DNA of 64,000 nt, from assembly GCA_048013815.1 (NCBI GenBank), contig CM106585.1, positions 19,096,001-19,160,000 on the forward strand, written 5' to 3'. The DNA comes from Setoptus koraiensis. Its lineage: Eukaryota > Animalia > Arthropoda. Positions 32,380-45,804 of this stretch are shown here, in pieces. Made by a program: the position numbers and the translations under genes. The number at the start of each line of letters is the position of its first letter. Positions within the stretch are counted from its first letter, which is position 1. A model generated the notes under the pieces. It saw only the letters and a program-made list of their open reading frames with translations, had not been told where the DNA came from and ran no database searches.

Positions 32380-34375
32380 AGATTATATCAAGATCAACAA
32401 GATTAATAATAATAATATGCATTGGCAAAAACTGCGTTTGTTGTAATGCTAAACATCAACAGAGTGTCTCACACAAAACTGCAATCTTTTTTCTTGTCGA
32501 TCCTCACGGTAGGTTGCTTTTTTTTCAAAGAATATCAATGGTCATAGGTTGGCAAAGATTCTATCATTACGCGCCATGATAGTTTTAGATACATTTCCAT
32601 GTGCATGTTTTCATTCCACCAATCCGTGTCTTTACGTCGTGGAAAGTAGAAGAATATATGCAGGTGAATGTTGAGATTTTTTGTAGACTACAATATGTGT
32701 GAGTGCGCTGGTCTCCGAATTGATTAGATGATTAATTCAGATAAGTATGATTTGGCAATATTGGCTTGGCATCTGGCGCTGCGTGTCTTAATAAACTGAG
32801 CTGAATTAGTATCTGATCGGCAGCCTCATGTTTGATAACCTCGACGATAATAAGCTTACCAACGCGATAGTGTGCTGAGTACAATACACGGCAATATTAG
32901 TCTACCATACGATATTATACAAGCATAATATGAGGCTAGCTTGCCGATGGGTTCGTGTCATATAGAGAAGCTGGTAAAGTGTAGCTGCAGCGAAACAGGA
33001 TTGAGGCATAATTTATTGGTATTTCTAGTTGTTGGGATTGTTTGTTGTCGTTCAATTGTTGTTCGGTTGTAGTAGTTCAATGTACGTGTGTGTCCATAAG
33101 TAACTTGCCCATTTGCATACTTAAATAAACATAAGAACAAATCATATTCAGTTGAGTGAGACCGGGCTGAAACGGAAACATTACCCGCGACAAGAACAAC
33201 AATGAATCTGATTAGTAGCTTCCTGGGGCCAAATTTGGGCCTTTGGTGACATGCAGCTGCTGATGTGTTGGCAGTGTCAAGGTTGTTTGCCGGCAATTGG
33301 CGAGTAGCGTGCTTGTTGTGGAGGCATTAGGAACAAATTTAATTAAATCATCGGCAATGATCTTGGATCGGGATCCACACTAACTTTGATGGTGCAGCCT
33401 CATTACTCCAGACCGGATACTGCCTCACATTGGCAGCATTTTAAGAGCCCATTCAGAACAAGCTTTCTTTCAACGCAAGCCGCGAGTTATGCAGTGAATC
33501 AAGTTTCAGTTATATAACTTCTAGTGGATTTTTTCTGAAACCAAAATACTTGCATATGACGAATGTTCGCACGCGCGTTGTAATTATTTACCAATTGTTC
33601 TCGCGGCCGAATATTTTCAACTGCTTTTCTGAATAGAAAAGCTAAAACACCAACCTCGCGCATTCGCGATAGAGGCCTCGAGTCTATTCCGAAGGTGAAG
33701 GTAAACCTCCGGAAACACAATATTTGCACCGTTGTAGGATCTCTATAGCATTGCATCCTGATTGGCATAGCGCAGATTTGGATGAGCACTTTCCAATTCA
33801 GGCCTTCTGTACCGCATCTTCTCTCCGGTCTCTGCAAAGACTACTATCCGCAGGGCACAGTGACTTGCACCTGTCTGATGTGAGTTCGGCCGCAGATTAA
33901 ATATTTGTTTCACTGATATCTGTTGTAATCGTTGGAAGACCTTATCTGATATCGAACGATATGTTTTGAAGAATTTGATCTAAGCCAGAGCTGACTTATG
34001 AGTATTACTAATTTTCTGTGGGGGCTGAACTTGTGAATGCTATAGTTGTGTTCAAATTGTCACGAGGGCATACCGAGATGATAAAAGGCGCTCGTGACAA
34101 ATATTTGCATATGGAGCATTGAGCCAGAGAAAGTCCTCTACGTAACATTTTCTATAATGTGTGAGTGGAAAAGCGTGGAAAACTGTTCCGGAGGTAAACA
34201 TAATTGATCTATTTTGTCATAATAGACCTAAGAGATGGATAGATGTTTCGTTTTGTTTTGTTTTTCCTCTTTTTTTTTCGTATAAATTAGTCAGAAAAAA
34301 TAATCTAGAATTTATCACATTTTCATTCTATTGTCAGTTAAAATAAAGTCCAGGGTCTCCAGATAAGATAGAACA

Positions 34376-34864
34376 ATGGCCACGGTGAAAATCCTGTGTT
34401 TAGTCTGTCTGATATGCGTCGCTAATAATTCATTCATTAGCGGAGTTGTCGCCAAGTTTGCCACGGAACAGCAGTGTGCCCAAGCAATCAAAAAAGTACA
34501 TACTAAGGACGATTTCAAAAAATTTGCAGCAGAAGCAGAAGATGGCGACACTACGATGATCAACAAGTGTCTAGATAGTACGGACGGCAAGAAAGATATA
34601 AAGGAACTGATGGAACTTGTCGATGATTCAGCATCGGGCCAGAAGATTTGTGATAAAAAGTTTGCCGATCAGTTGGTTGAATATCAAGAACAAATAGAGG
34701 GGAACGCCAGACGTGGTAAGGTGTTGAAAACTAGAAAAGAAAATAAATTGGCTCCCTTCTTCAAATCGTTTTCCAGTCAATTTGTTATAGTTTGCGAAAA
34801 TATGTGGAGCAAGCCTATGTACAAACACTACGGTGCTTTACTGTCAGTCAAAACGAAAGATTGA
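34376..34864 (+). CDS. Secreted 4-Cys protein, family D; truncated or frameshifted paralogue of 36504
   Basis: Signal peptide. Four Cys and the motifs KKV, FKxFAA, INxCL, GKxD and NARRGK align with 36504. Out-of-frame homology continues after the stop. Confidence 0.75.
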   Translation: MATVKILCLVCLICVANNSFISGVVAKFATEQQCAQAIKKVHTKDDFKKFAAEAEDGDTTMINKCLDSTDGKKDIKELMELVDDSASGQKICDKKFADQLVEYQEQIEGNARRGKVLKTRKENKLAPFFKSFSSQFVIVCENMWSKPMYKHYGALLSVKTKD

Positions 34865-36503
34865 TAAGATTCGTATGGAACGAAACGATGTGGTCTTTCT
34901 AATGGCGACATTTCCAAGTGGAACCGATTAATATTCATTCCAGGCGAGCGATTTACACTTCAGCATGCACATCCCAACGCGAACATTGTTCAGCGCGAGT
35001 GTTGCGGCCAAAAGTGTCACTCCAGAAGTGGAGTGTATTATAATAATAGATAATAATAGCAGAAAATTGTTCATTATAGAAAAAATTACAAAGCTGTTTG
35101 TCTTTTCTTTTCATCGTCGAGCTTTTCCAATTCGATTTAGTCTGTTCGCTCAGTGCAGACAAGCGAACTAATCCAATGCATACTTGGGATGACACAAACA
35201 CAAATAAGATTCAGTTGAACAATTATGACGGCTGCTAACGAATGAGTCTAGCAAGCTCTTATCGTTTGCAAATAGTTTTTCCATTATCTCACTCCAATCT
35301 CAATCAATTGCCTATGCAAATAATAGTCAGCCAATTATGTAAATAACAAGAATGGACTTGTTCCAGGAATGTCTAGCGTCAAACTCCAGCTTGCATGGCT
35401 GCGCTTCCGAATGCCTGCATGTCACTTAGGCTGGAATTTGATACTCAAACAATTGAACCTGACATGATCGAAAAGAGATTGGTGCAAAAATCAGTGCGCC
35501 TCCACACGGTATGGAAACATGCTGAGTCGTGCACATGCAGATAGGCTACGATTTTGATTGATATCTCGAAATAGCATCATCTTCCTTGATTCCATGTTTT
35601 GTACAGTTCCAGGCACAGATTATGGGTAACTGGGAGCTCGTTCTGCCAAACATCATCCGTAGATGCTTGAGGGACAATTGTGGATCAAAATAGTGGGTCT
35701 AATCTCAAAAAATAAGAAGAAAAATCTAGATTTTTTTTTGCCCCAGTTGGGAACGAGACTAGCGTATTCTTGTTCTCGGTACACTGGAGAGGTACAAATG
35801 AGTTGGTGGAGAGAACATTGTTGTCGACAGAGTATTCCTATTTCGTTAATAGTCATATTTTGGTTCGGGAAACTAAGGTATACCTTGTAGCAACCTCTTT
35901 TGGACACTTCGTGTGATATAAGAATGACACGACGGAGACTATGTTAAGTGTAGGACGAGTACGCATATATTGTAGGTTTTTTCTACCCGGCATCGCAATC
36001 CGGATGCTGGAAAGCTGCAAAGAATGCACCCAATTGGTAGAGTAAATAGGCACGAAGGATCCAGTGATATTGGGGGCAACTATACTAACGAAGTTAAACA
36101 CGACCAAGAGATGCTTTGTTTGATGGTTTTTCATGCGTTTCAGTTTCTACTGTCAGCAGTTACCTATCGAACCCTTTCTGAACCCCAGAAATTAAAGATT
36201 TCGACATATTCCGAAAATGACATCGACATTTCTTTGAGACGCTCTGTGGATACTGCCATAGAATCGCGTCAAAGGTCGACTGTCAATTGCTTGCGAGTCA
36301 CTCACATCTTGTTTATATCAAGCATGTTTTTATTAAGCATTCAGGCTATTAATAGATTGTCATAAATAATCGCGTTATTGTGGAAAGTAAAAAACATTTT
36401 CGTCAACGGAAAGTGTATTTTTGCTGGCATTTTCGGCAAGCTCTAATAACGAATCATCATTTCTTAATACTGCAGTGAGACAATTGATTAAACGAAAACA
36501 AGA

Positions 36504-37952
36504 ATGATGCTGTTGCAAATCTTTTTGATTGTATGTCTGGTATGCATCGGTGAATTTTTCTCGAACACCAGAGTTGATGCCGAGCCATCAACGAAACGAG
36601 AATGTGTTCGATCACTCAAGAAGGTCTACTTCGTTGAGCAATTTAAAACTTTCGCAGCGAAGTTCACTCCTACAACAAATAACGAAGAGGAAATTGCACT
36701 CATCAACGGATGCCTACGAAGTGACAAAGGAAAGGATGATCTGGAGGCTCTTGTGAGAATCGTTGAGCAGGCCTCAACAATTTATTCAGTATGTGAGCCA
36801 AAATTCGTCAATCAACTGTTGGACTTCGATAAACAAATGAAAGACAATGCGCGTCGTGGAAAAATACTTCATGATAAAAAGAAAAACAGATTGTTCTATT
36901 TTTTCAGTTTGGTCGCTGCACAAGTTATACTAACTTGTAAGGATTCTTTGGCAAAAAAACTGGAAATGGCAGAAGCTAGCAACATTGAATTGGTTGAAAG
37001 TCTAAATAAAATTATCAAGCTGGCAGAAAGAACGCATAAATCGCTCGATGAAGGTGAGGGCCAGGATGCAACCTCTCGCAAGCTATATCACCTTATGATT
37101 AAAGGTTCACCTATAGTGCTGAACAGAGTAGAAAATCTCGTCTTGATGGAGACATTGAAACCATCGCCGGATGCGGAATTTTTCGTCGATGTTACAGTGA
37201 ACAAAGAAAAGACTATGAATGACTTTTTCGAACTAAAGCAAGCTTGTAAATTGATAGATCAATATGCACGGGGCTCTATTTATGTAATACCGAAGTTGGC
37301 ATGGAGAGGTTACATGGCGTGGAACTCTTTATACCCTCAAGAGGACACGAGCCTAACATACGATAAAAGAGTTCAAGGATGGATCAGAGCAATTCAGTTC
37401 TGTCAGGGTATTCTAATGGTGAGAGTCAATCTTGATTTGGAGCAAGATGTCATAGATAAACTGGACAAGGCAATTTTGAACGACGAACAGATTCTATTCG
37501 TGGGATTGGACAGAAGCGACCCAGTCGCCGTTTCTAGTGAACCGATTTTACGATGGAGCTCACAGGATAATTTTGAAGAGTTTGAGCCGGGTCTCAAAGC
37601 TTACACGCCATCAAAGGGTCTCGCTGGCTGGCTGATGTGTCATTCGCAGAGGACAACTCAGCAAGAAATCGCAAAATACATCAATACTTTAGCTGTTCAA
37701 CATTCAATCCAGCAATCGCTGCTTGAGAGTCCAGAGGAATCCGAGAAACCAGTTCAGTTCGGCGGTGGACATGTCGCTTCCTATGCCATATACCATGGTT
37801 TTTATGGCGGACACGCAGTGGCTACCAGCGGCCACGGGGGCGCTCATGCAGGAATTGTAGCTGGTGCGGTAATTGGGGGCATAATAGGCATGATAGTTCT
37901 CACAGTTCTTACCGGAGCTCTTTGTGAAAAATTAAATAAAAAAAAATTATGA
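36504..37952 (+). CDS. Family D protein, 482 aa, with signal peptide and a C-terminal glycine-zipper TM segment
   Basis: Long clean ORF. The hydrophobic AGIVAGAVIGGIIGMIVLTVLTGALC is followed by the basic KLNKKKL. I recognise no known domain. Confidence 0.88.
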   Translation: MMLLQIFLIVCLVCIGEFFSNTRVDAEPSTKRECVRSLKKVYFVEQFKTFAAKFTPTTNNEEEIALINGCLRSDKGKDDLEALVRIVEQASTIYSVCEPKFVNQLLDFDKQMKDNARRGKILHDKKKNRLFYFFSLVAAQVILTCKDSLAKKLEMAEASNIELVESLNKIIKLAERTHKSLDEGEGQDATSRKLYHLMIKGSPIVLNRVENLVLMETLKPSPDAEFFVDVTVNKEKTMNDFFELKQACKLIDQYARGSIYVIPKLAWRGYMAWNSLYPQEDTSLTYDKRVQGWIRAIQFCQGILMVRVNLDLEQDVIDKLDKAILNDEQILFVGLDRSDPVAVSSEPILRWSSQDNFEEFEPGLKAYTPSKGLAGWLMCHSQRTTQQEIAKYINTLAVQHSIQQSLLESPEESEKPVQFGGGHVASYAIYHGFYGGHAVATSGHGGAHAGIVAGAVIGGIIGMIVLTVLTGALCEKLNKKKL

Positions 37953-40380
37953 CGAGCGAGCGCTACGTGTTAGATACCAGGCGGTGAAAGATGCAGCAAC
38001 TAAAAATTGAGAACAAACGAAAAACTATCCAGCAAAAGTGACTATCGATGAAATGGGTGTGCGAACAACTTCATCCGGAAGTGCTGCTGAGTTTTTTGAA
38101 TTTCTCAACTGGTTAAACTCGTTTTTTTTTTATAACAATTATTTCAATCAACAGAACTATAGCGATTAAATCTGTGCCAATAGTGAGCATTCGAATAGAT
38201 ATCAATCATAAGCCGATAGGTGTCTGCTTATGATTGATGTCCGGTGCCAAGTGTTCCAGTGGTGGGTCCACTTGTAATTGTTGAATTTTAGAGCGGTTAG
38301 AAGTTTCACCATCGGGGAAATTCATTGTGACCATTCATGCCCCCAACATTCAATTACGTCATACGTGTTTTGTGTCAACTAGATGAAGCTCGCCGCCTGA
38401 AAGTTTCAAGCTGAAACACAGTCGAGTAACCGATTAAACGTAAAAAGACCTCAACGTTTTCGCTGGCTCGACCTCACATTGTTCAGAGCATAAATACTAA
38501 TAGCTCGAGCAGTTAGTGATGCTAATGTCGTGCTGTTGAAACGGCTTCAATTTCTATTATGAACATGAAATGTTTTTTTTCGAAATCTCCATTTTTTCGT
38601 AGCTGTTTCCTACTTTTTCCAGTTGATTTTCAGTAGTGTGGCTACTTCAGCTCGGTGAACGAGCAAACATCGATAGGATAAGCTACTGTTGGGCAGCTTT
38701 GTGTGCATACTTGGCACTGCTGTTGTTGTTGTTGTCGTCGTTATAGCGAAAAGCTTTTCGACTAAATTCTCGAAAAGCCACCCGATTCGTTCGGCTTGCA
38801 TATGTAACATGCAAGCATTGGTCGGATATCGGATTAGTTGTGTGGCTTGAGTGGCCAGTCGAGTGCCGACCACTTTAGTCATCTATATAGAATAAGCAGA
38901 CTGCTGATGAAAAACTGATTTAACTGACTCTGTTTTCTCTCTTGTAGATGGCGACTTGATACTATCACGTTGATAGTCGGTAAACGCGCGAGCGAAAGTT
39001 TTTATAGTGCACGATAAATGATGGTGATTACTATTGGTGGCACACAAAAATGTAACTTACATATTATGTAAGCGTGGGCCCCAGAATTGACTATCAGCTA
39101 GCAGGAGAGTTTCAGCTAGCGGATTTTAGAGAAGTCCGGAGTGGTTGGTACCGAAATTTATTATATATGTTATATATATTGTACAATTGTTCATCGCAAC
39201 AACAAGCAGGCAATTCATTTTCGTGCCACCCAAAGTTCAGCACATCTGGCCACTAACTAGCTGGCCAACTAACTGAATGAATATCTGGCTGGCACGTATT
39301 TTGTTACATAATAGGGCGCGCTCAGAATAATAAACATAGCAACGTAACGGACAAAGGTATTCATGGTGGGGCCAGATACGGCATAACTGGCGCACATTGC
39401 CAGATATGCACATCGGCGGACTAGATTGAGCCACTGGCACAAGGTATTGTGCAGCATGGGGCCCGCTAAATGAGACTTTTGTTTTCGATGATAAACTACT
39501 TGGTACAAAAGATTGATTTGGTTACAGTTGGCTCGTGTGCATGCTAGCGCCGGGCTATATTAGGACACATAATAAGCGGCTGACTGTCAGAAATCTCGGC
39601 CAAACTGTTGTTAGAGCTGAATGCAGGCAGCCAGCCAGCTAGCCAGAGCTGTCAGAGCAGAATGTTGTTTGAACAACACACACACACACACACACTGTTA
39701 TGTAATAACGGGCGGCACAATTTGCAGTTTCCGATTGGCCTCTAGGTGGTCATTATTTGACTGGTAAGACCCGGCGCGGCTCATATGGCACACTGGGCCA
39801 TGTTATGCACAGCAGTCATTGAATAGAGCGGGGGAAAATTGTGTTTGTTTTAGGTTATCTCCCAGTTCGCTCATCTAACATGGTCGCCACAGTTGGCAAG
39901 CATGTTGGCATCGCAGGGGGGTCCAACATCAACGAGAAAAATAAACCGAAATGAGCGCGAGATGTGTCTGTTGACAGAGTGTGTGTACATGTGGCAGCAA
40001 CACTAATTACGTAAGCTCCGGGGACAGAAAAATCGGTTGCATGAGTTGCCGCTCTCACATATGAGTGTCAGTATGAGTGCAACGATTGCTTTTCGCTGAT
40101 TTTCACACACGATACCTGCTTTCTGCTTACAATCGGCGGGGCCTTTTTCGGGGCATTTATTTGTGAGCTGGAGTCGCAATCGGAGAAAACAGATTCGGAT
40201 CTGGGCTTTTTCAGGGGTTTTCGCCCAGAGCGGCGATCATCTAGATTGGAACAGGCAGGCATTCTTCGGCGAGCACGTGGCTGATTTTTGGCCGATTGCT
40301 AAAAATTTTCGGTAAAAATTGGGTTTTTTCCGAAATATTCGAAAAAAAAAACCAATTCCGCCGAATTCGGTGCCAACGCC

Positions 40381-40479
40381 GCCGAAATTCACCAAAATTA
40401 TCCGATAGTAAGCGCTGATTCGGCCCGCTGTGCTGGTGCAAGCAATCGCGGCAACAGGGAAATTTCGGTGAATTTCGGC
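40381..40479. repeat. 13-bp inverted repeat inside a CCGAA/TTCGG-rich patch
   Basis: GCCGAAATTCACC (40381-40393) and GGTGAATTTCGGC (40467-40479). Confidence 0.75.
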
Positions 40480-43400
40480 AGCAACTACCTATGTGGGACA
40501 GAGAAGTAAGTACATATTAGAATTGTCGTATCTTCTGATCGGTATACCACTATATGATATATTTGCGAGTGGCCATTGTTTCTAGAGTTGGCTGGCTGCT
40601 GTCAGGTTGGTCGGGTGGCCTCGTTATCCACTTGTTTGCTTTCGCGGCGGCCCGATCGTTTGTTTGTTCGTGTGCCGGCGCGGGTGTCCATTTGTCTTAC
40701 ATTAGTCTTACATAAGTGTTTGTCGTGTCGTATTGCGAGAGCGAGCGAGAGAGCGAGAGAATTGGCTCGAGTTAAACTTTGAGCAATCGAAGCGACGAGA
40801 CAAGTCGTCGTCGTCGTGTTAACAACAAGAAGACACAAAACTCAATTCGACACGATCATTATTATTGTTGACAATTGCATCTATCACAGCTACACCATTT
40901 GTCTGGCCCAGAGCGTCTTGCTTGGCTTGAACTCGTCCAAGGCCACGCAAAGAAGGCGCACACAAACTTGTTCGACTTGCAATGCTGTTGGACTGTCTCA
41001 AATGGCGTATTGTGCTCAACTGAACTGAAGACTCCACAATCTAACGGCTAATGAGTGGAGGAAATTTTTAATTGGCTTCGATTTTTGCCCAACATTTTTG
41101 CGCAGTCTTGGCGTTGCAGTCAGCATCACAACAGCAAACATGACACAACATGGCTGCATGACATGTCGTGTTGCACACAATAACGACTCGACTATGGCTG
41201 TGGTATAATCACGTTAATATACACAGAATATAGATAATCAGAGAGCTGGTTGGATGGAGAATATCAGTTGCCGATAGTGGCGACACCGAGAGAGACACAA
41301 AGTCAGTTTGGAGCCGATATTTGAGTTAATTCCGAGTGCAGCGACTCGAAAAGCGGCTTACAAGTGACTGCGACACTAGCCCATCCAGCAGCAACTGTGT
41401 GTGTGTCAATTTATCTAGTATCTAAACACTAGATAAATTGTCGAGTATCTCGGCCGGCTGCGAGCGCAAACTTTGCCTCTCTCGCCTACATCACTATTGT
41501 TGATGGCAGGCAAGATTTGCGTTCGATCACTTGTAGGGATTTGCCATTATTATTCTATTATGTTGCTGTTATATCGCTATTCTAACGTTATTACGTAGCG
41601 GGCACAGCGCGCACACGGCAAACGCACCAAACATCCAACTTGGATGATCCAAGACCGAGAACGAGAAAAATTTTAAGCGGCCAAATATCCAAAATATTCA
41701 AAATATCCAAAATATCCGCACACAAAAGATGATTGTGCTGTCTGTTTATTACCTAATGCTATGACGGCTGATAGACAGTTCAAGTTTGGGCATGCAATTA
41801 TCACAACCTAGCGACAGATTAATTATTAACTGGAGCGCGTTCATCTGCAACTAACAAACTCACAGACGAGCTCGACGATGAGTCACGCCGCTCGTCTCGT
41901 CGCAACCCATCACGTTGTCGTTGTAATTGCTGTTGTTGTTTTATCATGCGAAATGTTATTTTGCAAAATCATTGACAGCCCTTGACACAATAACAATAAT
42001 AGTAACATACATATATATTTACTGTTGTTATATAACAACAGCGACGAGCATGACCTTCCCAGCGACGATTGCCGATGCGATGATTACAACAATAATGATA
42101 ATTACTGATAATTACGTAACGCGCACGGAGCATCATGGTTGCACCTGACGGCACGATGACTCGCCATTGATGGGCGTCGGTACCTCCAGGCCAAACAACC
42201 AGCCAGATACTGGCCTGCACTGGATCTGAGGCCGAGCGCCGCATGTTGTGTACGAGACTACGATGAGTGATTAGTTCACTTATAGCCCGCAAGTTGTAAG
42301 TTGATCCTCAAGATTGGGGCCCACGCGTCGTCATCAGGAGCCCAGTCGTTACTAACGACTCGTTAGTTAGTTAGCGAGTTAGTTTGTCGTGGCAACTGGC
42401 ATTTGCAGCCATGTCACTGTTGGCTCGCTAACCGGCCGACCGACTAACCGGCCGACCGACTAACCGGCTGACCGGCTAATCGACCAACTGACCAGTGGTC
42501 AGTGGCGAGCGACCAGTGACAACAGTGGGTATATACTATATACTATATAGTGAGCTAATGCCTGGTATCGCCAGCTAATGACTGGTCGAAATTGATTGAG
42601 TTGATGAATTGAGCCAAATTGGGGCGCAGCTTATGTGGTGTTATCAGTGGGTTCATTTGCGCTGACAGCGAGCCAGTGTCAGTTTGTCAAGTGGCCAACT
42701 GATTGGGCCCAACCATGATGAGGGGCAGCTCGGGTTGTGCTCGGTTGTGATCGATGGCGGCGGTTGCCAGGACAGCAACAACTTGATAGCATTATGATGA
42801 TACAACCAAACAACGATGACCACTCACCCATCCGCATGCCGACATGACCTCACCTGACCGCCGGTCCACGTGGCTCATTATGCCGGCAGCGGCTCACATT
42901 GGGCGCCGATGCCGCTTGCAGTTTGACTTGACCCGGTGGCCCGAACTGGCTCCGGGCCGGCTCCGCACCGGCTTCGAACTGGCCCCAAACTGGCCCAAAA
43001 CTGGACCCAAACCCATGCGAGCCCACAACGGCGGATGGCCAAGAAATTCACCGTTGGCTCGATTGTGTGAGCGCTAGGCATGCGCTTTGCATTGCTTCGA
43101 GTCAATATGGGCCACATCCGAACGCATACACAACAAATAGCTCGGCGTGTTTGTAGTGGCAGCAGTAAAGCGATTAAATACTGCTGTCTACTCTAGCTCG
43201 TGCTGGCAACAAGCAGCCGCCAGCCATCCAGCCAGCGAGCGAGCGAGCGAAAGTGAATTAGCTTGCCAGAGACGGAGCGAGAAGAATTACACAAATACGC
43301 AAACAACACGGGCCAGACAAGATTAAGCTGCCGAGAGTGCTCCATCGGAACGCCAGCTCACTGGTCGTTATGTAAGTGTACAAGCGCCAACTTAAGTAGC

Positions 43401-44347
43401 TCGATGCTCGGCTCTGTCTCTGTGTCTGTGTCTCTAGTTGGAGCCTCTAAAAATTGTCAGCGTCGCATAGCGTCTGATCCTCTGCTTGCGCTCTCCTTGC
43501 CCGGCTTGGCTCACTGCCCGCCGCTCAGCTGGCTGGCTGAAGCGACAAGTCAGCAGCCATTTCGGCTCGCAACCATCGTTCCATTTATCCATCTATCGTT
43601 TGCGGAGCGGCCCCAATGCCAATAGATGCAGTTGCTCTATCTCTCTCTCTGTTTATTATTATTCTGTTTGTAGTGTCTCTCGAAAACTAAGTCGCTAGGC
43701 GCACAGATTGACTAGTCATCGTGGCGCCACTGCGAAAGTTTAGCAACTAAACTCAAATTGTTGTTGAGATAGTATTAGATAGATAACACTTAGCAAACAC
43801 ACTGTGAAAACACTTTTAATACTTGCGCCGCTGGCTTGTCGTCAACTGTGTGTTATGTAATAACAATATACAACAGTATATATGCTCAGTATATGTCCCC
43901 AGTTTATATCCGCCAGTGCAGTGAGAATTCTCAGCAGTGTGTGTGAAATATTGCAGCAAACTCATTCGCTCGAGCTCAACTTAATGGATAACAACGACTT
44001 TTGACAACAACAGATTATTACTACAAACGCCAGCGACAGTGTCAATATCTTCAAGTTCAAGCCAGCCAGCCAGCCAGCCAGCCTGGCAGCAACAAATTGA
44101 GCGGCCAACAAATTGAGCGGGCAGTGAATTGACCAGAGCTCGACCATATACACAAATATGAATCGACCGACACTCCTTGTGGCTGCCCCGTGACCCCGTC
44201 GAAACTATCCACCAATGACACCCTGTGTCCTGTTGCTCGCTAGCTCGTGCTAGAAAACAGCCGAAAATTGTCAAATGGTCAATGATCCGTCGATTGCGCC
44301 TGCGAACGGACTTGTGCACCCTGCGAAACCATTCAAGAGTCAACATA

Positions 44348-44424
44348 TCAGGTGAACGTCAGGCGAACGTCAGGCGAACGTCAGGCGAAGGTCAGGTGAA
44401 CGTCAGGTGAACATCAGGTGAAGA
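44348..44424. repeat. 11-bp minisatellite (TCAGG(T/C)GAACG), 7 copies
   Basis: Read directly. Confidence 0.92.
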
Positions 44425-45600
44425 TTGCGCTTCGAAGGGTGCTTATCGAACCGCCGAACAGCATAACAGCAACACCAACAACGCTTGCAAGTGTCAATGC
44501 CTTCTCTGAGCGCTCCTCGATGATCGCCAATCCGACGAACAACGCTCAACAAGCAAGTTTGTGACACAACAAAACAGCCCCAGTGATGTGACGTAATCTC
44601 ATGGCAGCAGCAGCAACAACAGCGACAACAGCGACAACAGCAACAACAGCGACAACAGCATCAACAGCAACCACAACGACATCAACAACCACCAACACAA
44701 CGGCCACAGATGCAAATAGCCAACGACAACAACTGAAGCCGCAACAAAAGTTTATAGGCCCACTGGACACTTGATTAGTGCGGCCCATCGCGGAGGAGCC
44801 CCCATACTCGACCTGTAAGTAAACGGTCATATAACCAGCGATGGTAGCTCTATCTTCAGTCCAAATAGCGCACCAATTTCGGCTAAAAACAGTGCACCAA
44901 TGAATGGTCGAGTGACCACTTGGCGGCCCATTGCTGTTGCAGGCCCCGATCAAAACAAATTGTTTTGCTGCTAGCGACAAGTGCGACTCTTGCGTAGGCA
45001 CAATTTGACCGCACCATGATTACATAATGAAAGGCAACCTTGGTTCATTGCAATGTATAATTTAATGAGTGAGTGATCCTCTCGACAACAAACATTTGCA
45101 TAGTAGCAATGGAATGTAGTAGTAAATGTAATAATTGAAGTGTTCAACTACTCAACAAAAGTGTTTTCCTTGTTGTCAAATGTGTAATTGGTGACAAGTT
45201 TTATGTTGCGCAGTCAGCAACAATTAGTGAAGATGCCACCCATTAAATTGAATTAAGTTAAACTGGCAAATATACTCCACCGCTAGATGGAGCGAGCTAG
45301 CCACAACACAAATACTATAGGCAAAAATTTCAGATATTTTTTTGCTGGCCGAATTCGTTGTGAATCACTTTGTTAATAGCCAGCATAAAATTATAGCTTT
45401 GCCACATACTGATCGGTGTTTCGTCGGCGCTCGATGCTAGTGTGCACCGGATATGACTAATACACTAGTTGCTTGATAGTAGATGTAACCATGTTCCAAT
45501 TGTAACCAACTAACTAACCAACTTTTTCCGCTTGACCCGATTATCGATTGCCGATCGCATTATTCTCTCGCTAAGAAAGTATTCTCTCGCCTATCAAGGG

Positions 45601-45804
45601 TAGAGAAAAATAGAATCGGTTAACCGAAATTTTTCCGGTGCTGACAAAGCACCGGAAATACCTACACAGATATGTATTCTGAGACTCATCTGTTTTCGCC
45701 GGAAACACCGAATTTGACCTTTTCGAAAAATTCGGAAAATCTCACGCTTGGATCTCATAAAAACTAAATTAGAGTGGTTTTAACCACCGATTCTGTTCTC
45801 CCTG
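45601..45804. mobile_element. Older MITE-like copy, same family as 47681..48096
   Basis: Ends are TAGAGAAAAATAGAATCGGT and ACCGATTCTGTTCTCCCTG. Subterminal AACCGAAAT..TTCCGGT and GAGTGGTTTTAACCACCGATTCTGTT are shared with the 47.7-kb copy. No clean TSD. Confidence 0.65.

Noticed and set aside
33499-33837. WKVLIQICAMPI resembling WIRAIQFCQGIL of the 482-aa protein
   Set aside because: It is a single short motif with in-frame stops directly upstream and no collinear flanking similarity. It needs tBLASTn before any call.
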